From: Rhodospirillales bacterium
GTDB lineage: Bacteria; Pseudomonadota; Alphaproteobacteria; Rhodospirillales; UBA2165
Length of the DNA stretch: 64,000 bases
Direction of reading: 5' to 3'
NCBI GenBank assembly: GCA_022822205.1
Contig: JAJECC010000109.1
Location: 505 to 64,504 of the forward strand
Every line of letters starts with the position of its first letter. The stretch's first letter is position 1. Shown in pieces: positions 37,015 to 44,928 of this stretch. The notes beneath the pieces are model-generated. The model was not told the DNA's origin. It saw nothing but the letters and a program-made list of their open reading frames with translations, and made no database searches. The translations under genes were made by a program, and so were the position numbers.

Positions 37015-38325
37015 CTAGCGGGTATCCATCGTCGACGGAAGCCAGGTGGCGATTTCCGGAAAAATCGTCAGAAGTACGACGCCGACGATCATCAGGCAAA
37101 AGAACGGGATGGTCGCCCGCGCGACCTTGAAGATGCTTATGCCCGTCAGCCCCTGGATAACGAACAGATTGAACCCGAGCGGCGGCGTGATTTGCGCCAT
37201 TTCGACGACGATGATGACGAAGATGCCGAACCAGATGAGGTCGAAGCCGGCCGACGTCACCAGCGGAAGCACGACGGTGGTGGTCAGCACGATCATGGAT
37301 ATTCCCTCGATAAAGCAGCCCAGCACGATATAGAGCAGGCACAAGGCCGCCATGAGGGCAAAGGGGTGCAGGTTGAAGGATCCGATCCAGCCCGCGAGCG
37401 CCGCCGGCAGGCCCGAAAACGCCAGGGACGTCGTGAGGAACGCGGCGCCCGTGAGGATGAAGAAAATCATGCAGGTCAGCCTGGTCGCGCCGAGCAGGCT
37501 TTCCGAAAACGTCTTCCAGTTGAGTGTACCGGTCCAGGCGGACAGCAGGAGGGCGCCGATGACGCCGCCGGCGGCGGCCTCCGTCGCCGTGGCGATGCCG
37601 AGATAGATCGAACCGATCACGGCGGCGATCAGCAGGACCACGGGGATCAGTCCCTTCGAACGCCGCAGTTTCTCCCGAAAACCGGTTTTCAGATCGTCCA
37701 GGGGAACGCTGCCGGTCTTGAGAATCGCCGACAAGCCGATATAGCCCATGAACAATGCGATCAGCATGAGACCGGGAAACACCCCGGCCAGAAACAGCCT
37801 GACGATCGAGACGTCGGCGGCCACGCCGTAAACGATCATGATGATCGACGGCGGGATCAGCAGACCCAGCGTTCCCGACCCGGCCAGACTGCCGATGCTC
37901 AAATTCTGGTCGTAGCCCTGCTGCTTGAGTTCGGGCAGGGACATGCGGCCGATGGTGGCGACGGTCGCCGCCGAAGAGCCGCAGACGGCGGCGAAGATTC
38001 CGCACCCGACCACGTTCACGTGCATCAGCCGTCCCGGCAGCCATCGCACCCAGGGGGCCACGCCCCGAAACAGGATTTCCGACAGCCGGGCCCGGAACAG
38101 GATCTCTCCCATCCATATGAAGAGGGGCAGCGCGGCCAGCGTCCACGACGCCATGGTCCCCCACACCGACGTCGCCAGCGATTTCTCGACCGGCACCGTC
38201 CCGAAGAACGTCAGGCCGATCCAGCCGACCCCCAAGAGGGAAAGGGCGATCCACAGCCCGGATCCCAGAAACAGGGCGAGGAAAATGACCAGGGTCACCG
38301 CGATTTGAGTGAGTTCGGGGGTCAT
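37015..38325 (-). CDS. dctM: TRAP large permease DctM (system 2)
   Basis: 436-aa polytopic membrane protein of the DctM family, downstream of dctQ. Confidence 0.9.
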   Translation of the reverse strand: MTPELTQIAVTLVIFLALFLGSGLWIALSLLGVGWIGLTFFGTVPVEKSLATSVWGTMASWTLAALPLFIWMGEILFRARLSEILFRGVAPWVRWLPGRLMHVNVVGCGIFAAVCGSSAATVATIGRMSLPELKQQGYDQNLSIGSLAGSGTLGLLIPPSIIMIVYGVAADVSIVRLFLAGVFPGLMLIALFMGYIGLSAILKTGSVPLDDLKTGFREKLRRSKGLIPVVLLIAAVIGSIYLGIATATEAAAGGVIGALLLSAWTGTLNWKTFSESLLGATRLTCMIFFILTGAAFLTTSLAFSGLPAALAGWIGSFNLHPFALMAALCLLYIVLGCFIEGISMIVLTTTVVLPLVTSAGFDLIWFGIFVIIVVEMAQITPPLGFNLFVIQGLTGISIFKVARATIPFFCLMIVGVVLLTIFPEIATWLPSTMDTR

Positions 38326-38337
38326 GAGCCTGCCCTG

Positions 38338-38868
38338 CTATTCCAGGTTTTCCACCGAACCGCCCAGGGACTCGCTCGCGACCATGTAGGGCGGCGTTCG
38401 TCCCCGAAGGGAGGCGATCACGTCGTCCAGCACGGCGATGGTCAACAGGAGTGAACCGAGACCGATGGAGATTTGGGGAATCCAGATGGGGATCACGATG
38501 AGGCCCTGGGACAGCTCCTCGAACCGCAGGGAGTCCCAGGCCATATCGAAGGCCGAGTAGGTCAGGAAGCCGATGAAATAGAGCGCCACCGCCATGACGC
38601 CCAGCTCCATGAGCCGGCGCGCCATGCCGTCGAAAAGGTGGATGACGACCGTTACGCGGATGTGGCTGCCGTGCCGGTAGGTATAGGCGAGAGGCAGGAA
38701 GCCGGTCGCGACGACGCTCCAGGCGGTCAGGTCGTCGGCCCCCTTTACCTGAATGCCCAGCTCCCGGCCGATCACCTGGGCGCAGATGAGCAATCCGATA
38801 ATGACGATAAACGAGGCGGCTAGGACTCCCCCGGCGAAATACAAGAAATCCAGGGTTCTTCTGACCAT
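38338..38868 (-). CDS. dctQ: TRAP small permease DctQ (system 2)
   Basis: 176-aa four-helix protein between dctP and dctM. Confidence 0.8.
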   Translation of the reverse strand: MVRRTLDFLYFAGGVLAASFIVIIGLLICAQVIGRELGIQVKGADDLTAWSVVATGFLPLAYTYRHGSHIRVTVVIHLFDGMARRLMELGVMAVALYFIGFLTYSAFDMAWDSLRFEELSQGLIVIPIWIPQISIGLGSLLLTIAVLDDVIASLRGRTPPYMVASESLGGSVENLE

Positions 38869-38933
38869 GCCGCCCTCTGGTTATGGCGCCCCGCCGCGGC
38901 GGAGGGTGCGCCGCCGCGGCCGGGTCAACTTTA

Positions 38934-39914
38934 CTACTTCCCTAGCGCATTATAGGCGGCGATGAACTTCTTGCCACGGTCACCCGCCTTGGCCAGCCAC
39001 TCGTCGACCATCCTGGCGCCGATTTTCTCGAGCTGGGCCAGGAACGCCGGATTCGGCGGCTCGACGGTCATGCCGTTCTTCGCCAGATTGGCGGTCAGGC
39101 CCGCCTGAACATTGGCGCTCATGATCCAGCCGCGGGCTTCCGCCTTGGCGGCCGCGCGCATCACGGCGCGTTTCGTGTTTGCATCGAGCCCGTCGAAGGC
39201 GCGGGCGTTCATGATGACCATGTTCTTGTTGTTCATGGCGTTCACGTCGTAGTAGTGGGACGTGAAATCCCACGCCTTCGTATAGTTGCCGGTCGCCGCC
39301 GAGGTGATCATCGCGCTGACGACGCCGGTGGCGAATGCCTGAGGCACCTCGGCGGACTGAACCGTGGTCGGCACGGCGCCCATCAGTTCGGCGAAGCGGG
39401 CGGTCAAGGCGTTGTAGGCCCGGAACTTCACGCCCTTGTAGTCGCTGGTCGAATTGATCGGTTTCTTGGCGTACAGGCCCTGGCCCGGCCACGGCACCGC
39501 GAACAGCGCCGTGAGGCCCTGGGATTTCAGCTTGGCTTCGATATGCGGCAGGGTCAGTTCATACACTTCCCAGGCCGTCGGCTGTCCCTTGGACAGAAAC
39601 GGGATGCCGTCGACCTCGAAGAACGGATCTTCCTTGCCGTAGGCGGAGAGCAGAATCTCCCCCAGCTGGACCTGACCCGTCTGCACGCCGCGCTTGATCT
39701 CCGGCATCTTGAGAAGCGAGGCGCCGGTATGGAGCGTGATGTTCAGCTTGCCGCCCGAATCGCGGGCGACCTCCTTGGCGAAACGAACGATATTCTGGGT
39801 GTGGAAGTTGTTGTCCTTGTAGGCGGTCGCCATATTCCATTTGGTCTGGGCGTCCGCGGCGGCCGCGCCGAGCGCAACCACGGCGGCGGCGGATATGGAG
39901 AGAATTTTCTTCAT
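38934..39914 (-). CDS. dctP: TRAP substrate-binding protein DctP (system 2)
   Basis: The ATG at 39914 follows GGGAGG and gives MKKILSISAAAVVALGAAAADAQ, a signal peptide. The 110 aa upstream in the track ORF are non-coding. Confidence 0.9.
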   Translation of the reverse strand: MKKILSISAAAVVALGAAAADAQTKWNMATAYKDNNFHTQNIVRFAKEVARDSGGKLNITLHTGASLLKMPEIKRGVQTGQVQLGEILLSAYGKEDPFFEVDGIPFLSKGQPTAWEVYELTLPHIEAKLKSQGLTALFAVPWPGQGLYAKKPINSTSDYKGVKFRAYNALTARFAELMGAVPTTVQSAEVPQAFATGVVSAMITSAATGNYTKAWDFTSHYYDVNAMNNKNMVIMNARAFDGLDANTKRAVMRAAAKAEARGWIMSANVQAGLTANLAKNGMTVEPPNPAFLAQLEKIGARMVDEWLAKAGDRGKKFIAAYNALGK

Positions 39915-40180
39915 TTGAGCCTCCCGGGTGAAGGATTGAGGTTTACAAATCGGGGAACGGCCTCCGTCGCAATTCCGAGATTCCCCGACTTGACGGGCGC
40001 GAATTTTGCAATTCATGCCTGCCGGCGAGTTCAAAGTATCCGAGCCCGCCTCTTGGGAGACATGACACAATTCGCCATTAATTGGAAGATAATCGACATC
40101 GGCCGGGCGGCGTCGCCCAGGCGCCTTCGGCCGCGAGCCATGCACCGGACGCATAGCGGTAAGCCGTTGAAATAACGTGA

Positions 40181-40256
40181 TTTCCAATTTTTTCCAATTC
40201 GCGCCGTTTCGCGGGAATGGACATTCATGGACATTCATGGACATTTATTGACACCC
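40181..40256. repeat. Two sets of 10-bp-phased direct repeats (iteron-like)
   Basis: TTTCCAATTT/TTTCCAATTC at 40181..40200. ATGGACATTC/ATGGACATTC/ATGGACATTT/ATTGACACCC at 40217..40256. Confidence 0.85.
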
Positions 40257-40280
40257 ATTTGGGGGGTACCCCCCATTTGG
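40254..40280. repeat. 14-bp perfect palindrome flanked by a 9-bp direct repeat
   Basis: The 27-nt sequence is CCCATTTGGGGGGTACCCCCCATTTGG. The palindrome GGGGGGTACCCCCC is at 40261..40274. CCCATTTGG occurs at 40254..40262 and 40272..40280, so each copy overlaps the palindrome end. Confidence 0.85.
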
Positions 40281-40320
40281 CACGTACAAAATTGCATGGC
40301 TCGCCCTCAGACGCAAAACG

Positions 40321-40342
40321 GCCGCCCGGGTAAGGGGGCGGC
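40321..40342 (-). terminator. Hairpin with a downstream T-run on the minus strand
   Basis: GCCGCCC-gggtaagg-GGGCGGC. On the minus strand the hairpin is followed by CGTTTTGCG. Confidence 0.35.
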
Positions 40343-40395
40343 AGATGTCTATACATTTAGCTCAAACGCGCGCGGGGACAAGGGGGCGCAACTAC

Positions 40396-40466
40396 TCCCT
40401 CTCCCCCTTCTTTCCAGCCTTCGTAGCCGAAGGCTACTTCGGCGGAGTAGGCTAGGGGGAGAGGGA
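40396..40466. repeat. Nested inverted-repeat element (REP-like or a small structured RNA candidate)
   Basis: The outer 12-bp perfect inverted repeat is TCCCTCTCCCCC (40396..40407) paired with GGGGGAGAGGGA (40455..40466). It encloses an inner 8-bp hairpin AGCCTTCG-tagc-CGAAGGCT (40416..40435). Confidence 0.6.
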
Positions 40467-40490
40467 ACTCGATACTGGACGGCCGGGCGT

Positions 40491-40511
40491 CATTGGCATA
40501 ATATGCCAATG
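40491..40511. promoter_or_regulatory. 21-bp perfect palindrome, likely the parDE operator overlapping a -10-like TAATAT
   Basis: CATTGGCATA-A-TATGCCAATG, ending 14 nt before the parD ATG. The RBS GGGAGG is at 40514..40519. Confidence 0.6.
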
Positions 40512-40525
40512 ACCGGGAGGCGCCC

Positions 40526-40783
40526 ATGGCCACACGCAATGTCGTTCTCACAGCCGAGCAATCCGAATTGGTCGATCATCTCGTGACGTCCGGCCGCTAT
40601 CAGAATGCCTCGGAAGCGATGCGCGCCGGGCTGCGGCTGCTGGAACGGGAGGAAGCGGAGTTCGGCATCCTGCGCGGCCGCCTGGAACGCGGGCTGGAAC
40701 AGGCGCGCGGCGGTGACTTCGCCGAAGGTTCCGGGGAGGATGCCGTCCGCCGCGCCTTCGCCCGGGCCCGCTCAACCCGGTGA
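40526..40783 (+). CDS. parD: ParD-family (ribbon-helix-helix) type II antitoxin
   Basis: MATRNVVLTAEQSELVDHLVTSGRYQNASEAMRAGLRLLEREE matches the ParD/COG3609 pattern. 85 aa. Confidence 0.8.
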   Translation: MATRNVVLTAEQSELVDHLVTSGRYQNASEAMRAGLRLLEREEAEFGILRGRLERGLEQARGGDFAEGSGEDAVRRAFARARSTR

Positions 40784-41112
40784 CACCCAAAGCGTGGCGT
40801 TTGACGCGACAGGCGGAAGCCTCGCTGACCGGCATCGCCGAATGGACCATCGAGACCTTCGGGGCGCGGCAGGCGGACGCCTACGAGGCCGAGCTTATCG
40901 CCTGCTGTAACGGGATTGCCGCCGGCACGGCGCCGGTCCGCTCCTGCCGGCGCCTGATCGACCCGGCCCTCGACGACACCCTGAACTTCGTCCGCTGCGG
41001 TATGCATCTCGTCATATTCGTCGAACGGGACGAGACGATGATTATCGTCGATTTCCTGCACGGCCGCTCCGACCTGCCGCGCCGGGTCGCTGAACTGCCG
41101 CTCGACGACTGA
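40780..41112 (+). CDS. parE: ParE/RelE-superfamily type II toxin
   Basis: 110 aa. The GTG start overlaps the parD stop (GTGA). The C-terminus is MHLVIFVERDETMIIVDFLHGRSDLP, typical of ParE. Confidence 0.8.
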   Translation: MTPKAWRLTRQAEASLTGIAEWTIETFGARQADAYEAELIACCNGIAAGTAPVRSCRRLIDPALDDTLNFVRCGMHLVIFVERDETMIIVDFLHGRSDLPRRVAELPLDD

Positions 41113-41163
41113 AGGGGCGCCTGCGCGCATGCCCGCCCCAGGCAAGACCGTCCCCGCCGCGAC

Positions 41164-43506
41164 TCAAACCGCCGTATCCCCGCCCGCCTGCTGAATCGCC
41201 CGCCAGACCTTTTCCGGGCTCGCCGGCATCTCGACCTGCGGCGCGCCGATGCGGTGGAGCGCGTCGTTGACGGCGTTCATCACCGCCGGCATGGCGCCCA
41301 CCGTCCCGGCCTCGCCCACGCCCTTGACGCCGAGGGGGTTGCGTTCGGTCGGCACTTCGTTGGCGCTCAGACCGTAATGGCAGAAATCGTCGGCGCGGGG
41401 CATGACGTAATCCATGAACGAGCCGGACAGCAGCTGGCCCGAGTCGGCGTCGTAGGCGACGTCCTCCATCAGAATTTGTCCCGCGCCCTGCGCGATGCCG
41501 CCGTGGATCTGGCCGTCGAACAGCAGGGGATTGAGGATCGTGCCCGCATCGTCGACGCACCGGTAGCCGACCAGCGAGACCTTCCCCGTATCCGCGTCGA
41601 TCTCCACTTCCGCCAGATGGGCGCCGTTGGGAAACGTGGCGCCCCCGTCCAAGGCGAAGTCGCCCCGCTCGTAGAGGCCGGGCGAGACGCCGGGCGGCAG
41701 CTTGTTCTTCTGAAACGCCGCCCCGGCCACCTCGTCCAGGTCCACCGTCCGGTCGGTGCCGGCGACGGCGAACGCGCCGTCCCGGTACTCGATGTCGTGG
41801 GCGCCCGCTTCGAGCAGATGGGCGGCGATGGACTTCCCTTTTTCGATAATCTTGTCGGCCGCCACCGCTATCGCGGAGCCCGCCAGAATCGCCGAGCGCG
41901 CCCCGAACGTCCCCATCCCGGCGGTGACCTGGTCGGTGTCGCCGAAGCGGTAGCGGATGCGGCCGGGGTCGATGCCGAGCCGGTCGGCGAGAATCTGGCG
42001 GAACGCCGTCTGGTGGCCCTGACCGTGATCCATGGCCCCGCACAGAAGGGTAACGCCGCCGCCGCTGTCGAATCGAACCTCGGCGTGCTCGAAATTGGTG
42101 TTGCCCACCCCGCAGACCGTGTTGGACATGCCGATGCCGCGATATTTGCCGTACTGCCGGGCCCGCCGCCGGCGTTCCTCGAAGGCGTCGTAGGCGCCCT
42201 CGGCAAGGCACTCGTCCAAATTCTTCGGGAAATCGCCGCAATCGTAGGTAACCCCGAAGGCCGTCGTATACGGCATCATATGGGCGCCGATCATGTTGCG
42301 GCGGCGCAGATCGGCGGGGTCGATGCCCAGCCGGCGCGCCGCCTCGTCGACCATGACTTCGACCACATGCGCCGGTTCGGGCTTGCCGCCGCCGCGGTAA
42401 TGGGCGTTCAGCATGATGTTGGTGAATATTCCGGTTACCCGGGCGTGAACGGCCGGCGTCCGGTAAACCCCGGCCAGTCCGGCGAGGCCGGCGGTCGCCG
42501 AAACCATGTTTCTGTCCGAGGTGAAATAGGCGCCGACGGGAACCTTGGTGTGGGTGCGCAGCCCGAGAAACCGGTACTCGCCGTCGAGGGCCAGCTCCGC
42601 GTCGACAAGGCCGCCGCGCCCCTGGTCGTCGGACAGCAGGCTCTCCGAGCGCTCGGCGATCCACTTGACCGGCCGCCCGACGATCTCCGAGGCCCAGAGC
42701 CCCAGCGCGTATTCGGGCGGGCAGCCGCCCCGGGTGCCGAAGCCGCCGCCCATATTGTCGCAGACGACCCGGAACTTCGCCTGCGGCTCGCCGAAAATCT
42801 GCTCGGCCAGCATCCCCCGGATGCGATGAACCGACTGCACCGTCGCCCGCAGGGTGTAGCGGTCCTCGAACGGGTCGTACTCGGCGATACAGCCGCGGTT
42901 TTCCATGGGACTGCCGGCGACCCGGTTGACGCAGACCCGATGGCGGACGATATGGGCCGCTTCGGCGAACGCCGCATCGACCGCCGCCGCATCGCCGACT
43001 TCGTGGAAGAACGCCTCGTTGCCGGGACTGTCCGCCCAAATGGCCGGCGCGTCCGGGGCGAGCGCCTGGTCGACGCCGACGACAACCGGCAGCGGGACGT
43101 ACTCGACGCGGATCAGTTCGGCGGCGTCCTTGGCCTGGTCCACCGTTTCGGCGACGACGAACGCCACCGCCTGTCCGGCGAACCGCACGCGGCCCTGCGC
43201 CAGGAGAGGCTGCGGCGTGTAGAGACCGGGCGAGCCGTCGCTTCGCCTGGTCGGACCTGCGATCTTCAGACTGCCGAGCCCCCGGGCCGCCAGCTCTTCG
43301 CCGGTGAGAACCGCCAGGACACCCGGCGCCGCCCGCGCGGCCGTAATGTCGATACCGGCGATGTCGGCATGGGCGTGGGGCGAACGCAAGACCCAGGCCC
43401 GGGCCTGACGCGCCTCGGCCACATCGTCGACATACCGGCCCCGGCCCTGGAGAAGCCGCGAATCCTCGCCGCGCCGAACGGCATCGCCAATGCGGACCTT
43501 GTTCAT
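41164..43506 (-). CDS. Xanthine-dehydrogenase / CoxL-family molybdopterin-binding large subunit
   Basis: 780 aa, starting MNKVRIGDAVRRGEDSRLLQGRGRYVDDV. The active-site loop reads AHYRGGGKPEP (AYRGAGR-like, not the form I CO-dehydrogenase VAYRCSFR). Confidence 0.9.
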   Translation of the reverse strand: MNKVRIGDAVRRGEDSRLLQGRGRYVDDVAEARQARAWVLRSPHAHADIAGIDITAARAAPGVLAVLTGEELAARGLGSLKIAGPTRRSDGSPGLYTPQPLLAQGRVRFAGQAVAFVVAETVDQAKDAAELIRVEYVPLPVVVGVDQALAPDAPAIWADSPGNEAFFHEVGDAAAVDAAFAEAAHIVRHRVCVNRVAGSPMENRGCIAEYDPFEDRYTLRATVQSVHRIRGMLAEQIFGEPQAKFRVVCDNMGGGFGTRGGCPPEYALGLWASEIVGRPVKWIAERSESLLSDDQGRGGLVDAELALDGEYRFLGLRTHTKVPVGAYFTSDRNMVSATAGLAGLAGVYRTPAVHARVTGIFTNIMLNAHYRGGGKPEPAHVVEVMVDEAARRLGIDPADLRRRNMIGAHMMPYTTAFGVTYDCGDFPKNLDECLAEGAYDAFEERRRRARQYGKYRGIGMSNTVCGVGNTNFEHAEVRFDSGGGVTLLCGAMDHGQGHQTAFRQILADRLGIDPGRIRYRFGDTDQVTAGMGTFGARSAILAGSAIAVAADKIIEKGKSIAAHLLEAGAHDIEYRDGAFAVAGTDRTVDLDEVAGAAFQKNKLPPGVSPGLYERGDFALDGGATFPNGAHLAEVEIDADTGKVSLVGYRCVDDAGTILNPLLFDGQIHGGIAQGAGQILMEDVAYDADSGQLLSGSFMDYVMPRADDFCHYGLSANEVPTERNPLGVKGVGEAGTVGAMPAVMNAVNDALHRIGAPQVEMPASPEKVWRAIQQAGGDTAV

Positions 43507-43668
43507 CTGCTATCCCTTCCCCGGTCTGAAACACCCGCCGTTAGTCTAGTCTGGCGGCCGGGTTTTCCAAGGCCGCCGGCTAGGAAAAGATAACCTGAAT
43601 ATCCGTGTACTCGGCCAGTCCTTCCTCGGCGAACTCGACGCCGACGCCCGGCGGAACCGACAAATTGG

Positions 43669-44904
43669 TCAGGATCGATTCCCCAGGCGCGCCGGCAGGC
43701 TGGCCGGCCCGTTGATGAAACTGCCGCGCAGTCTTTGCAGTGGTGTGATCGCCTCAATATCAGGAAAACGTTTTAACAGAGCCGAGAACGCCAGCCTGAC
43801 CTGCAGGCGGGCAAGCGGTGCGCCGAGGCAAAAGTGTGGGCCGCGGAGGCCGAAGGACATATGGGGATTGGGGCTGCGGGTGATGTCGAACCGGTGGGGC
43901 GCGTCGAAGACTTCTTCATCCCTGTTGCCGGAGACAAACCAGACGACGACCTTGTCCCCCTGTTTAACCTCCTGGCCCAATAAGGTGACGTCGCGGGTCG
44001 CGGTCCGGCGCATATGGAAAACCGAAGACGCCCAGCGGATGATTTCGTCCGCTGCGCCGGCCGCATGACCGTCGATGTCTTGGAGCCAGAGCGTCTTTTG
44101 ATCCGGGAACAGGCGCAAGGCATCCAACCCGTTCACCAGTGAGGATCGAGTGGTGTCCGCGCCCGCGGAGCCGAGGAGTCCGAAAAAGGCGCCGAGTTCA
44201 TCAATAGTAAGCGGCGCGCCGTCAATCTCCGAATGGGCGAGCACGCTCATGACGTCGTCGGTGGGCTCCTCCCGCCGCTGCTCGCCCAGCCAGCGGCCAT
44301 AAGCCTGAAATTCACGGCCCGCCTCCGCCGCGCCCGCCTGGTCGCCGCCGAAGCGGGGGTCAGCCGAAAAGAAGGTCCGGTCCGCCAGGTGCAGCATGCG
44401 TTCGTGGTCTGTTTCGGACACCCCCATCAGGTCGAAGAACACACTCATGGGCAACCCGGTGGCAAAATCCTGCACGAAGTCGATGTCGGATTTGCCGGCC
44501 ATCTTGTCCAGGAGCGCGTCGATCCGCGCCTGGATGGAGGACTCGATCTTGGAAAGGGCACGTGGCGTAAACTCCGGGCTGACGACCTTGCGGTATTTGG
44601 AATGCTCCGGCGGGTCCATCTCCAGCATGGAATTCTGCGACGCCCTCGGGACGCCGTCCTCGAACATGGCCTGAATGCCGTCGCGGCTGCTGAAGCTCTC
44701 CGTGTCCAGGATGACATCGAGAATATCCTGGTAGCGGACGACGGCCCAAAACCCCTTGCTGCCGGAATCGGGATGCTGGTGCCAGGAGATCGGCGCTTCT
44801 TTCCGCAATGTGGCGAAACAGCCCAGGAAATCATCCCGTTCGAACGTATCCAGGGAGGCCAGATTGATCTCCGAAACCGGTAAAAATGACTCTACGAATT
44901 GCAT
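43669..44904 (-). CDS. Cytochrome P450
   Basis: Heme loop FGLRGPHFCLGAPLAR (FxxGxxxCxG) and an EIIRW EXXR motif. GGAGG lies upstream of ATG 44904. Confidence 0.9.
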   Translation of the reverse strand: MQFVESFLPVSEINLASLDTFERDDFLGCFATLRKEAPISWHQHPDSGSKGFWAVVRYQDILDVILDTESFSSRDGIQAMFEDGVPRASQNSMLEMDPPEHSKYRKVVSPEFTPRALSKIESSIQARIDALLDKMAGKSDIDFVQDFATGLPMSVFFDLMGVSETDHERMLHLADRTFFSADPRFGGDQAGAAEAGREFQAYGRWLGEQRREEPTDDVMSVLAHSEIDGAPLTIDELGAFFGLLGSAGADTTRSSLVNGLDALRLFPDQKTLWLQDIDGHAAGAADEIIRWASSVFHMRRTATRDVTLLGQEVKQGDKVVVWFVSGNRDEEVFDAPHRFDITRSPNPHMSFGLRGPHFCLGAPLARLQVRLAFSALLKRFPDIEAITPLQRLRGSFINGPASLPARLGNRS

Positions 44905-44928
44905 CCGATTACCTCCGGCAGCGTCCGG

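Noticed and set aside
36953-38254. N-terminal 434 aa of track ORF 35957..38254
   Set aside because: It is out of frame over dctM and extremely Arg/Gly/Asp-rich. The real GlxA-type regulator starts at the internal ATG 36952.
40181-40256. Possible CRISPR or minisatellite
   Set aside because: The units are only 10 bp with no spacers, there are 2 + 4 copies, and no cas genes are present. I report them as phased direct repeats instead.
39915-40586. N-terminal extension of the dctP ORF (to 40244) and the 119-aa ORF 40227..40586
   Set aside because: The dctP signal peptide and RBS are at 39914. The other ORF is built from the repeat and hairpin DNA and reads across the parD promoter. Neither resembles a protein.
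41042-43593. 830-aa minus-strand and 779-aa plus-strand ORFs overlapping the CoxL-like gene
   Set aside because: Both are extremely Arg/Gly/Pro-rich. Only the 41164..43506 frame gives the conserved molybdenum-hydroxylase sequence.
43507-43668. A small ferredoxin gene expected downstream of the P450
   Set aside because: None of the three minus-strand frames of the 162-bp gap contains a cysteine cluster or a start codon with an RBS.
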